From assembly GCF_009914755.1 (NCBI RefSeq), contig NC_060945.1: a stretch of 64,000 nucleotides of DNA. One strand, written 5' to 3'. The translations under genes were made by a program, and so were the position numbers. The notes under the pieces were generated by a model, which saw nothing but the letters and a program-made list of their open reading frames with translations, was not told where the DNA came from and did not search any database. This document shows, in pieces, positions 28,701-43,700 of the stretch (position 1 is the stretch's first letter; every line of letters starts with the position of its first letter). Origin of the DNA: the human T2T-CHM13v2.0 reference genome, Homo sapiens.

Positions 28701-31700
28701 GGAACGGAATGTAATGGAATGGAATGGAATGGAATGGAATGGAATGGAATGGAATGGAATGAAATGGAAAGGAACGGAATGGAATCAACACGAGTGGAAT
28801 GGAATGGAACGGAATGGAATCAACCTGAGTGAAATGAAATGGAATGTAATGCAATGGGATGGTTTGGAATCAACCCGAGTGGAATGGAATGGAATGGAAT
28901 GGAATGGAATGGAATGGAATGGAATGGAAGGCAATGGAATGGATCGGAATGGAATCCAATGGAATCAACTGGAATGGAATGGATTGGAATGGAACAAATC
29001 CGGGTGGAGTGGAATGGAAGGGAATGGAGTGGAATGGAATGGAATTTAGTGGAATGGAATGGAATGGAATGGAATGAAATGGATTGGATCGGAATGGAAT
29101 CCAATGGAATCAATTGGAATGGAATGGAATGAAATAGAATGGTATAAATCCGGGTGGAGTGGAATGGAATGTAGTGGAGTGGAATGGAATTGAATTTAGT
29201 GGAATGGAATGGAATGGAATGGATTGGAATGGAATGGAATCAACCCGAATGGAATGGAACGGAATGGAATAGAAAGGAATAGAATGGAATGGAATGGAAT
29301 GGAATGGAATGGAATGGAATCAACCCGAATGGGATGGCATGGAATGGAATGGAATTGAATGGAATGGAATGGAATGGAAAGGAATGGAATGGAATGGAAT
29401 CATCCCAAGTGTAATGGAATGGAATGGAGTGCAATGGAACCCACCCGAGTGGAATGGAATGGAATGGAATGGAAAGGAATGGAATGGATTGGAATGGAAC
29501 GGAATGGAGTGGAATGGAATGGAATGGAATGGAATGGAATGGAATCAACCCGAATGGGATGGCATGGAATGGAATTCAGTGAAATGGAATGGAATGGAAT
29601 GGAATGGAATCAACCCAAGTGCAATGGAATGGAATGGAAGGCAATGGAGTCCACCCGAGTGGAATGGAATGGAATGGAATGGAATGGAATGGAATGGAGT
29701 GGAATGGAATGGAATGGAGTGGAATGGAACGGAATGGAGTGGAATGGAATAAACACCAGGGGAATGAAATGGATTGGAATGAAAAGGAATGGAAAGGGAA
29801 TGGAATGGAATAAAATCAACCAGAGTGGAATGGAACGGAACGGAATGAAATGGAAAGGAATGAATGGAAGGGAATGGTGTGGAGTCAACACGAGAGGAAT
29901 GGAATGGAATGGAATGGAACGGAATGGAATGGAAAGGAATGGAATGGAATGAACCCGAATGGAATGGAATGGATTGGAAAGGAATGGAATTGAATCAACC
30001 CGAGCGGAAAGGAATGGAATGGAATGGAGTGGAATGTAATGTAATGGAATGGAATTGAATGGAATGGAATGGAATCAACACGAATGGAATGGAAAGGAAT
30101 GGAATGTGATGGGATGGAATGGAATGGAATGGAAGTTAATCAACACGAATGGAATGGAACGGAATGGAATGGAATGGAATGGAATGAACCCGAATGGAAT
30201 GGAATGGATTGGAATGGAATGGAATGGAATCAACCCAAGCGGAATGGATTGGAATGGAATGGAGTGGAATGGAATGGAATGGAATGGAATGGAATGAAAT
30301 GGAAAGGAACGGAATGGAATCAACACGAGTGGAATGGAATGGAACGGAATGGAATCAACCAGAGTGGAATGAAATGGAATGTAATGCAATGGGATGGAGT
30401 GGAATCAACCCGAGTGGAATAGAATGGAATGGAACGGAATGAAATGGAATGGATCGGATTGGAATCCAGTGGAGTCAACTGGAATGGAATGGAATGGAAT
30501 GGAATGGAATGGAATGGAATGGAATGGAATGGAATAAATCCGGGTGGAGTGGAATGGAATGTAATGGAGTGGAATGGAATGGAATTTAGTGGAATGCAAT
30601 GGAATGGAATAGAATGGAATGGAATGGAATGGAATCAACCCGAGTGGATTGGAAAGGAATGGAATGGAAAGGAATGGAATGGAATGGAATGGAATGGAAT
30701 GGAATGGAATCAACCCGAATGGGATGGAATGGAATGGAATTGAATGGAATGGAATGGAATCAACCCAAGTGCAATGGAATGGTATGGAATGCAATGGAAT
30801 CCACCCGAGTGGAATGGAATGGAATGGAATGGAATGGAATGGAAGGAAAGGAATGGAGTGGAATGGAACGGAATGGAGTGGAACGGAATAAACACCAGGG
30901 GAATGAAATGGATTGGAATGAAATTGAATGGAATGGAATGGAATGGAATGGAATGGAATGAAATCAACCCGAGTGGAATGGATCGGAATGGAATGGAATG
31001 GAAAGGAATGAATGGCATGGAATGGTGTGGAATCAACACGAGAGGAATGGAATGGAATGGAATGGAATGGAACGGAATGGAAAGGAATGGAATGGGATGA
31101 ACCCGAATGGAATGGAATGGATTGGAATGGAATGGAATGGAATCAACCCGAGCGGAAAGGAATGGAATGGAATGGAGTGGAATGGAATCTAATGTAATGG
31201 AATGGAATGGAATAGAATCAACACAAATGGAATGGAACGGAATGGAATGGGATGGGATGGAATGGAATGGAATGGAAGTTAATCAACACGAATGGAATGG
31301 AACGGAATGGAATGGAAAGGAATGGAATGGAAAGGAATGGAATGGAATGGAATGGAATGAAATGGAAAGGAACGGAATGGAATCAACACGAGTGGAATGG
31401 ATTGGAACGGAATGGAATCAACCCCAGTGGAATGAACTGGAATGTAATGCAATGGGATGGAATGGAATCAACCCGAGTGGAATGGAATGGAATGGAATGA
31501 AATGGAATGGATTGGAATGGAATCCAATGGAATCAACTGGAATGGAATGAAATGGAATGGAATAGAATGGAATGGAATGGAATAAATCCGGGTGGAGTGG
31601 AATGGAATGTAATGGAGTGGAATGTAAAGGAATTTAGTGGAATGGAATGGAATGGAATGGAATGGAATGGAATGGAATGGAATGGATTGGATCAGAATGG

Positions 31701-34700
31701 AATCCAATGGAATCAACTGGAATGGCATGGAATGGAATGCAATGGAATAAATCCGGGTGGAGTGGAATGGAATGTAATGGAGTGGAATGGAATGGAATTT
31801 AGTGGAATGGAATGGAATGGAATGGAATGGAATGGAATGGAATGGATTGGATCAGAATGGAATCCAATGGAATCAACTGGAATGGCATGGAATGGAATGC
31901 AATGGAATAAATCCGGGTGGAGTGGAATGGAATGTAATGGAGTGGAATGGAATGGAATTTAGTGGAATGGAATGGAACGGAATGGAATGGAATGGAATGG
32001 AATAAACCCGAATGGAATGGAACGGAATGGAATGGAAATGAATGGAATGGAATGGAATGGAATGGAATGAAATGGAATGGAATGGAATGGAATGGAATCA
32101 ACCCGAATGGGATGGCATGGAATGGAATTGAATGGAATAGAATGGAACGGACTGTAATGGAATGGAATGGAATTGAATCAACCCAAGTGCAATGGAATGG
32201 AATGGAATGCAATGGAATCCACCCGAGTGGAATGGAATCGAATGGAACAGAATGGAATGGAATGGAATGGAATGGAATGAAATCAACCCGAGTGGAATGC
32301 AACGGAATGGAATGGAATGGAAAGGAATGAATGTAATGGAATGGGGTGGAATCAACACGAGAGGAATGGAATGGAACGGAATGGATCGGAACGGAATGGA
32401 AAGGAATGGAATGGAATGAAACCGAATGGAATGGAATGGATTGGAATGGAATAGAATGGAATCAACCCGAGCGGAAAGGAATGTAACGGAATGGAGTGGA
32501 ATGTAATGTAATGTAAAGGAATGGAATGAAATAGAATCAACACGAATGGAATGGAACGGAATGGAATGGGATGGGATGGAATGGAATGGAATAAATCCGG
32601 GTGGAGTGGATTGGATTGTAATGGAGTGGAACGTAATGGAATTTAGTGGAATGGAATGGAATGGAATGGAATGGAATGGAATGAAATGGATTGGATCGGA
32701 ATGGAAGCCAATGGAATCAACTGGAATGGAATGGAATGGAATGGAATGGAATGAAATGGATTGGATCGGAATGGAAGCCAATGGAATCAAATGGAATGGA
32801 ATGGAATGGAATGGAATGGAATGGAATGGAATGGAATGGAATAAATCCGGGTGGAGTGGAATGGAATGTAATGGAGTGGAATGTAATGGAATTTAGTGGA
32901 ATGGAATGGAATGGAATGGAATGGAATGGAATGGAATGGAATGGAATGGAATGGAATCAACCCGAAAGGAATGGAATGGAAATGAATGGAATGGAGTGGA
33001 GTGGAATGGAATGGAATGGAATGGAATGGAATGGAAAGGAATGGAATGGAATCAACCCGAATGGGATGGCATGGAATGGAATTGAATGGAATGGAATGGA
33101 ATGGAATGGAATGGAATGGAATCAACCCAAGTGCAATGGAATGGAATGGAATGCAATGGAGTACACCCGAGTGGAATGAAATGGAATGGAATGGAATGGA
33201 GTGGAATGGAACGTAATGGAGTGGAATGGAAAAAACACCAGGGGAATGAAATGGATTGGAATGAAATGGAATGGAAGGGAATGGAATGGAATGAAATCAA
33301 CCCGAGTGGAATGGAACGGAATGGAATGTAATGGAAAGGAATGAATGGATTGGAATGGTGTGGAATCAACACGAGAGGAATGGAATGGAACGGAATGGAA
33401 CGGAACGGAATAGAAAGGAATGGAATGGAATGAATCCGAATGGAATGGAATGGATTGGAATGGAATAGAATGGAATCAACCCGAGCGGAAAGGAATGGAA
33501 TCGAATGGAGTGGAATGTAATGTAATGTAAAGGAATAGAATGAAATAGAATCAACACGAATGGAATGGAACGGAATGGAATGGGATGGGATGGAATGGAA
33601 TGGAATGGAAGTTAATCAACACGAATGGAATGGAACGGAATGGAATGGAATGGAATGGAATGGAATGGAATGGAATGGAATGGAAGGAACGGAATGGAAT
33701 CAACACGAGTGGAATGGAATGAAACGGAATGGAATCAACACGAGGGGAATGAAATGGAATGTAATGCAATGGGATGGAGTGGAATCAACCCGAGTGGAAT
33801 GGAATGGAATGGAATGAAATGGAATGGATCGGAATGGAATCTAATGGAATCAACTGGAATGGAATGGAATGGAATGGAATAAATCCAGGTGGAGTGGACT
33901 GGAATGTAATGGAGTGGAATGTAATGGAATTTAGTGGAATGGAATGGAATGGAGTGGAATGGAATGGAATGGAATGGAAAGGAATGAAATGGATTGGATA
34001 GGAATGGAATCCAATGGAATCAACTGGAATGGAATGGAAAGGAATGGAATGGAATGGAATAAATCCGGGTGGAGTGGAGTGGAATGTAATGGAGTGGAAT
34101 GGAATGGAATTTAGTGTAATGGAATGGAATGGAATGGAATGGAATGGAATCAACCCGAGTGGAATGGAACGGAATGGAATGGAAGGGAATGGAATGGAAG
34201 GGAATGGAATGGAATGGAATAGAATGTAATGTAATGGAATGGAATGGAATGGAATGGAAGGGAATGGAATCAACACGAATGGAATGGCATGGAATGGCAT
34301 TGAATCGAATAGAATGGAATGGAATGGAATGGAATGGAATCAACCCAAGTGCAATGGAATGGAATGGAATGCATTGGAATCCACCTGAGTGGAATGTAAT
34401 GGAATGGAATGGAATGGAATGGAGTGGAATGGAACGGAATGGAGTGGAATGCAATAAACATCAGGGGAATGAAATGGATTGGAATGAAGTGGAATGGAAT
34501 GGAATGGAATGGAATGAAATCAACAAGAGTGGAATGGAACGGAATGGAATTGAATGGAAAGGAATGAATGGAATGGAATGGTGTGGAATCAACACGAGAG
34601 GAATGGAATGGAATGGAATGGAATGGAACGGAACGGAATGGAAAGGAATGGAATGGAATGAACCCGAATGGAATGGAATGCATTGGAAAGGAATGGAATG

Positions 34701-37700
34701 GAATCAACCCGAGAGGAAAGGAATGGAATGGAATGGAGTGGAATGTAATGTAATGGAATGGAATGGAATGGAATGGAATCAACACAAATGGAATGGAACG
34801 GAATGGAATGGGTTAGGATGGAATGGTATGGAATGGAAGTTAATCAACACGAATGGAATGGAACGGAATGGAATGGAATGGAATGGAAAGGAATGGAATG
34901 GAATTGAATGGAATGAAATGGAAAGGAACGGAATGGAATCAACACGAGTGGAATGGAATGGAACGGAATGGAATCAACCACAGTGGAATGAACTGGAATG
35001 TAATGCAATGGGATGGAGTGGAATCAACCACAGTGGAATGAACTGGAATGTAATGCAATGGGATGGAGTGGAATCAACCCGAATGGAATGGAATGGAATG
35101 GAAAGGAATGGAATGGAACGAAATGGAATGGATCGGAATGGAATCCAATGGAATCAACTGGAATGGAATGGAATGGAATGGAATGGAATGCAATGGAATG
35201 GAATAAATCTGGGTGGAGTGGAATGGAATGAAACGGAGTGGAATGTAATGGAATTTAGTGGAATGGAATGGAATGGAATGGAATGGAATGAAATGGATTG
35301 GATCGGAATGGAATCCAATGGAATCAACTGGAATGGAATGGAATGGAATGGAATGGAATGGAATGGAATAAATCCGGGTGGAGTGGAATGGAATGTAATG
35401 GAGTGGAATGGAATGGAATTTAGTGGAATGGAATGGAATGGAATGGAATGGAATGGAATGGAATGGAATGAAATGGATTGGATCGGAATGGAATCCAATG
35501 GAATCAACTGGAATGGAATGGAATGGAATGGAATAAATCAGGGTGGAGTGGAATGGAATGTAATGGAGTGGAATGGAATGGAATTTAGTGGAATGGAATG
35601 GAATGGAATGGAATGGAATGGAATGGAATGAAATGGATTGGATCGGAATATAATCCAATGGATTAAACTGGAATGGAATGGAATGGAATGGAATGCAGTG
35701 GATCGGAATGGAATCAAATGGAATCAACTGGAATGGAATGGAATGGAATAAATCCGGGTGGAGTGGAATGGAATGTAATGGAGTGGAATGTAACGGAATT
35801 TAGTGGAATGGAATGGAATGGAGTGCAATGGAATGGAATGAAATGGATTGGATCGGAATGGAATCCAATGGAATCAACTGAAATGGAATGGAATGGAATG
35901 GAATGGAATAAATCCGGGTGGAGTGGAATGTAATATAATGGAGTGGAATGTAATGGAATTCAGTGGAATGGAATGGAATGGAATGGAATGGAATGGAATG
36001 GAATGAAATGGGAATGAAATGGATTGGATCGGAATATAATCCAATGGAATAAACTGGAATGGAATGGAATGGAATGAAATAAAATGGATTGGATTGGAAT
36101 GGAATCCAATAGAATCAACTGGAACGGAATGGAATGGAATATTTCCGGGTGGAGTGGAATGGAATATAATGGAGTGGAATGGAATGGAAATTAGTGGAAT
36201 GGAACGGAATGGAATGGAAAGGAATGTAATGTAATGTAATGTAATGTAATGGAATAGAATGGAATGGAAACAACCCGAATGGGATGGCATGGAATAGAAT
36301 TGAATGCAATGGAATGGAATGGAATGGAATGGAATGGAATGCAATGGAATCCAGCCGATTGGAATGGAATGGAATGGAATGGAATGGAATGGAATGGAGT
36401 GGAATGGAATAAACAGCAGAGGAATGAAATGGATTGGAATGAAATGGAATGGAATGGAATGGAATGAAATCAACCCGAGGGGAATGGAACGGAATGGAAT
36501 GGAATGGAAAGGAATGAATGGAAGGGAATGGTGTGGAATCAACACGAGAGGAATGGAATGGAATGGAATGGAACGGAACGGAATGGAAAGGAATGGAATG
36601 GAATGAACCCGAATGGAATGGAATGGATTGGAATGGAATGGAATAGAATCAACCTGAGAGGAAAGGAATGGAATGGAATGGAGAGGAATGGAATGTAATG
36701 GAATGGAATGCAATGGAATGGAATCAACACGAATGGAATGGAACGGAATGGAATGGGATGGGATGGAATGGAATGGAATGGAAGTTAATCAACACGAATG
36801 GAATGGAACGGAATGGAATGGAACGGAATGGAATGGAATGGAATGGAATGGAAAGGAACAGAATGGAATCAACAGGAGTGGAATGGAATGGAACGGAATG
36901 GAATCAATCCGAGTGGAATGAAATGGAATGTAATGCAATGAGATGGAGTGGAATCAACCTGAGTGGAATGGAATCGAATGGATTGGAATGGAATGGAATG
37001 GAATGAAATGGAATGGAATAAATCCGGGTGGAGAGGAATGGAATGTAATGGAGTGCAATGTTACGGAATTTAGTGGAATGGAATGGAATGGAATGGAATG
37101 GAATGGAATGGAATGGAATGGAATCGAATGGAATGAAATGGATTGGATCGGAATGGAATCCAATGGAATCAACTGGAATGGAATGGAATGGAATAAATCC
37201 GGGTGGAGTGGAATGGAATGTAATGGAGTGGAATGGAATGGAATTTAGTGGAATGGAATGGAATGGAATGGAATGGAATGGAATGGAATGGAATGAAATG
37301 GAATGGAATCAACCCGAATGGAATGGAATGGAATGGAATGGAAAGGGATGGAATGGAATGGAATGGAATGGAATAGAATGGAATGGAATGGAATGGAATG
37401 GAATGGAATCAACCCAAGTGCAATGGAATGCAATGGAATGCAATGGAATCCACCCGAGTGGAATGGAATGGAATGGAATGGAATATAATGCAATGGAATG
37501 GAATGGAATGGAATGGAATGGAATGGAGTGGAATGGAACTGAATGGAGTGGAATGGAATAAACACCAGGAGAATGAAATGGATTGGAATGAAATGGAATG
37601 GAATGGAATGGAATGGAATGGAATGGAATGAAATCAACCCGAGTGGAATGGAACGGAATGGAATGGAATGGAAAGGAATGAATGGAAGGGAATGGTGTGG

Positions 37701-40700
37701 AAACAACACGAGAGGAATGGAATGGAATGGAATGGAAAGAAACGGAATGGAAAGGAATGGAATGGAATGAACCCGAATGGAATGGAATGGATTGGATTGG
37801 AATGGAATGGAATCAACCCGAGCATAAAGGAATGGAACGGAATGGAGTGGAATGGAATGGAATGGAATGGAATGGAATGGAATGGAATGGAATCAACACG
37901 AATGGAATGGAGCGGAATGAAATGGGATGGGATGGAATGGAATGGAATGGAATCAACATGAATGGAATGGAACGTAATGGAAAGGAATGGAATGGAAAAT
38001 AATGGAATGGAATGAACCCGAATGGAATGGAATGCATTGGAATGGAATGGAATGGAATCAACCCGAGCGGAAAGGAATGGAATGGCATGGTGTGGAATGG
38101 AATGTAATGGAATGGAATGGAATGGAATCAACACGAATGGAATGGAACGGAATGGAATGGGATGGGATGGAATGGAATGGAAGGGAAGTTAATCAACACG
38201 AATGGAATGCAACGGAATGGAATGGAATGGAATGGAGTGGAATGAACCCGAATGGAATGGAATGGATTGGAATGGAATGGAATTGAATCAACCCTAGTGG
38301 AAAGGAATGGAATGGAATGGAGTGGAATGTAATGTAATGTAATGGAATGGAATGGAATGGAATCAACACGAATGGAATAGAACGGAATGGAATGGGATGG
38401 GATGGAATGGAATGGAATGGAAGTTAATCAACATGAATGGAATGGAATGTAATGGAATGGAACGGAACGGAATGGAATGGAATGCAATGGAATGGAATGA
38501 AATGGAAAGGAACGGAATGGAATCAACACGAGTGGAATGGAATGGATAGGAATGGAATCAACCCGAGTGAAATGAAATGGAATGTAATGCAATGGGATGG
38601 AGTGGAATCAACCCGAGTGGAATGGAATGGAATGGAATGGAATGGAACGAAATGGAATGGATCGGAATGTAATCCAATGGAATCAACTGGAATGGAATGG
38701 AATGGAATGGAATGGAATAAACCCGGGTGGAGTGGAATGGAATGTAACGGAGTGGAATGTAATGGAATTTAGTGGAATGGAATGGAATGGAATGGAATGA
38801 AATGGATTGGATCGGAATGGAATCCAAAGGAATCAACTGGAATGGAATGGAATGGAATGGAATAAATCCGGGTGGAGTGGAATGGAAAGTAATGGAGTGG
38901 AATGGAATGGATTTTACTGGATGGAATGGAATGGAATGGAATGCAACGGAATGGAATGGAATGGAATGGAATGGAATGGAAAGGAATGGAATCAACCCGA
39001 ATGGAATGGAACGGAAAGGAATGGAATGGAATGGAATGGAATGGAATGGAATGGAATGGAAAGGAATGGAATGGAATGGAATGGAATCAACCCGAATGGG
39101 ATGGTATGGAATGGAACTGAATGGAATAGAATGGAATGGAATGGAATGGAATGGAATCAACCCAAGTGCAATGGAATGGTTTGGAATGCAATGGAATCCA
39201 CCTGAGTGGAATGGAATGGAATGGAATGGAATGGAATGGAATGGAATGGAGTGGAATGGAACGGAATGGAGTGGAATGCAAGAAACACCAGGGGAATAAA
39301 ATGAATTGGAATGAAATGGAATGGAATGGAATGGAATGGAATGGAATGGAATGAAATCAACCCAAGTGGAATGGAACGGAAAGGAATGGAATGGAAAGGA
39401 ATGAATGGTAAGGAATTGTGTGGAATCAACCCGAGAGGAATGGAATGGAATGGAATGGAATGGAACGGAACGGAATGGAAAGGAATGGAATGGAATGAAC
39501 CCGAATGGAATGGAATGGATTAGAATGGAATGGAATGGAATCAACCCGAGCGGAAAGGAATGGAATGGAATGGAGTGGAATGTAATGTAATGGAATGGAA
39601 TGGAATGGAATGGAATGGAATCAACACAAATGGAATGGAACGGAATGGAATGGGATGGGATGGAATGGTATGGAATGGAAGTTAATCAACACGAATGGAA
39701 TGGAACGGAATGGAATGGAATGGAATGGAAAGGAATGGAATGGAATGGAATGGAATGGAATGGAATGGAATGGAATGGAATGAAATGGAATGGATTGGAA
39801 TGGAATACAATGGAATCAACTGGAATGGAATGGAATGGAATGGAATGGAATGGAATGGAATGAAATGGAATGGATCAGAATGGAATCCAATGGAATCAAC
39901 TGGAATGGAATGGAATGGAATGGACTGCAATTGAATGGAATAAATCTGGGTGCATTGGAATGGAATGTAACGGAGTGGAATGTAATGGAATTTAGTGGAA
40001 TGGAATGGAATGGAATGGAATGGAATGGAATGGAATGGAATGGATTGGATCGGATTGGAATCCAATGGAAGCAACTGGAATGGAATGGAATGGAATGGAA
40101 TTGTATAAATCCGGGTGGAGATGACTGTAATGTAATGCAGGGGAATGGAATGGAATTCAGTGGAATGGAATGGATTGGAATGGATTGGAATGGAATGGAA
40201 TGGAATGGAATGGAATGGAATGGAATGGAATGAAAGGGATAGGATCGGAATGGAATCCAATGGAATCAACTGGAATGGAATGGAATGGAATAAATCCGGG
40301 TGGAGTGGAATGGAATGTAATGGAGTGGAATGGAATGCAATTTAGTGGAATGGAATGGAAAGGAATAGAATGGAATGGAATGGAAAGGAATGGAATGGAA
40401 TCAACCCGAATGGGATGGCATGGAATGGAATTCAATGGAATGGAATGGAATGGACGGTAATGGAATGGAACGGAATGGAATCAACCAAAGTGCAATGGAA
40501 TGGAATGGAATGCAATGGAATCCACCCAAGTGGAATGGAATGGAATGGAATGGAACGGAATGGAATGGAATGGAGTGGAATGGGACGGAATGGAGTGGAA
40601 TTGAATAAACACCAGGGGTATGAAATGGATTGGAAAGAAATGGAATGGAATGGAATGGAATGAAATCAACCCGAGTGGAATGCAACGGAATGGAATGGAA

Positions 40701-43700
40701 TGGAAAGGAATGAATGGAATGGAATGGTGTGGAATCAACACGAGAGGAATGGAATGGAATGGAATGGAATGGAATGGAATGGAACGGAACGGAATGGAAA
40801 GGAATGGAATGGAATGAACCCGAATGGAATGGAATGCATTGGAATGGAATGGAATGGAATCAACCCGAGCGGAAAGGAATGGAATGGAATGGAGTGGAAT
40901 GTAATGTAATGGAATGGAATGGAATGGAATGGAATGGAATCAACACAAATGGAATGGAACGGAATGGAATGGGTTAGGATGGAATGGTATGGAATGGAAG
41001 TTAATCAACACGAAGGGAATGGAACGTAATGGAATGGAATGGAATGGAAAGGAATGGAATGGAATTGAATGGAATGAAATGGAAAGGAACGGAATGGAAT
41101 CAACACGAGTGGAATGGAATGGAACGGAATGGAATCAACCCCACTGGAATGAACTGGAATGTAATGCAATGGGATGGAGTGGAATCAACCCGAGTGGAAT
41201 GGAATGGAATGGAAAGGAATGGAATGGAATGAAATGGAATGGATCGGAATGGAATCCAATGGAATCAACTGGAATGGAATGGAATGGAATGGAATGGAAT
41301 GGAATGCAATGGAATGGAATAAATCTGGGTGGAGTGGAATGGAATGAAACGGAGTGGAATGTAATGGAATTTAGTGGAATGGAATGGAATGGAATGGAAT
41401 GGAATGAAATGGATTGGATCGGAATGGAATCCAATGGAATCAACTGGAAAGAAATGGAATGGAATGGAATGGAATAAATCTGGGTGGAGTGGAATGGAAT
41501 GTAATGGAGTGGAATGGAATGGAATTTAGTGGAATGGAATGGAATAGAATGGAATGGAATGGAATGAAATGGATTGGATCGGAATGGAATCCAATGGAAT
41601 CAACTGGAATGGAATGGAATGGAATAAATCCGGGTGGAGTGGAATGGAACGGAATTTAGTGGAATGGAATGGAAAGGAATGGAATGAAATGGAATGGAAT
41701 GGAATGGAATGGAATCAACCCGAGTGGGATGGCATGCAATGGAATTGAATGGAAGGGAATGGAATGGACTGTAATGGAATGGAATGGAAGGGAATCAAAC
41801 CAAGTGCAATGGAATGGAATGGAATGCAATAGAATCCACCCGAGTGGAATGGAATGGAATGGAATGGAATGGAATGAATGTAATGGAATGGGGTGGAATC
41901 AACACGAGAGGAATGGAATGGAATGGAATGGAAAGGAACGGAATGGAAAGGAATGGAATGGAATGATCCCGAATGGAATGGAATGGATTGGAATGGCATG
42001 GAATGGAATCATCCCGAGCGGAAAGGAACGGAATGGAATGGAGTGGAATGGAATGGAATGGAATGGAATGGAATGGAATGGAATCAACACGAATGGAATG
42101 GAACGGAATGGAATGGAATGGGATGGGATGGAATGGAATGGAAGTTAATCAACACGAATGGAATGGAAAGGAATGGAATGGAATGGAATGGAATGGAATG
42201 GAATGGAATGAACCCGAATGCAATGGAATGGATTGGAATTAAACGGAATGGAATCAACCCGAGCGGAAAGGAATGGAATGGAATGGAATGGAATGGAATG
42301 AAAAGGTTTGGATCGGAATGGAATCCAATGGAATGTAATGGAATGGAATGGAATAAATCCGGGTGGAGTGGAATGGAATGCAATGGAGTGGAATGTAACG
42401 GAATTTAGTGGAATGGAATGGAATGGAATGAAATGGATTCGATCGGAATGGAATCCAATGGAATCAACTGGAATGGAATGGAATGGAATGGAATGGAATA
42501 AATCCGGGTGGAGTGGAATGGAATGTAATGGAGTGGAATGGAATGGAATTTAATGGAATGGAATGGAATGGAATGGAATGGAATGGAATGGAATGAAATG
42601 GATTGGATCAGAATATAATCCAATGGGTTAAACTGGAATGGAATGGAATGGAATGGAATGGAATGGAATGGAATGGAATGCAGTGGATCGGAATGGAATC
42701 AAATGGAATCAACTGGAATGGAATGGAATGGAATGGAATGGAATGGAATAAATCCGGGTGGAGTGGAATGGAATGTAATGGAGTGGAATGTAACGGAATT
42801 TAGTGGAATGGAATGGAATAGAATGCAATGGAATGGAATGAAATGGATTGGATCGGAATGGAATCCAATGGAATCAACTGGAATGCAATGGAATGGAATG
42901 GAATGGAATGGAATGGAATGGAATGGAATAAATCCGGGTGGAGTGGAATGTAATATAATGCAGTGGAATGTAATGGAATTTAGTGGAATGGAATGGAATG
43001 GAATGGAATGGAATGAAATGGGAATGAAATGGATTGGATCGGAATATAATCCAATGGAATAAACTGGAATGGAATGGAATGGAATGAAATAAAATGGATT
43101 GGATTGGAATGGAATCCAATGGAATCAACTGGAATGGAATGGAATGGAATGGAATGGAATACTTCCGGGTGGAGTGGAATGGAATGTAATGGAGTGGAAT
43201 GGAATGGAATTTAGTGGAATGGAATGGAATGGAATGGAATTAAACCGAGTGGAATGGAACGGAATGGAATGGAAAGGAATGGAATGGAATGGAATGGAAT
43301 GGAATGGAATGGAATGGAATCAACCCAAATGGGATGGCATGGAATGGAATTGAATGCAATGCAATGGAATGGAATGGAATGGAATGCAATGGAATCCACC
43401 CGATTGGAATGGAATGGAATGGAATGGAATGGAATGGAATGGAATGGAGTGGAATGGAATAAACAGCAGAGGAATGAAATGGATTGGAATGAAATGGAAT
43501 GGAATGGAATGGAATGGAATGGAATGAAATCAACCCGAGTGGAATGGAACGGAATGGAATGGAATGGAAAAGAATGAATGGAAGGGAATGGTGTGGAATC
43601 AACACGAGAGGAATGGAATGGAATGGAATGGAACGGAACGGAATGGAAAGGAATGGAATGGAATGAACCCGAATAGAATGGAATGGATTGGAATGGAATG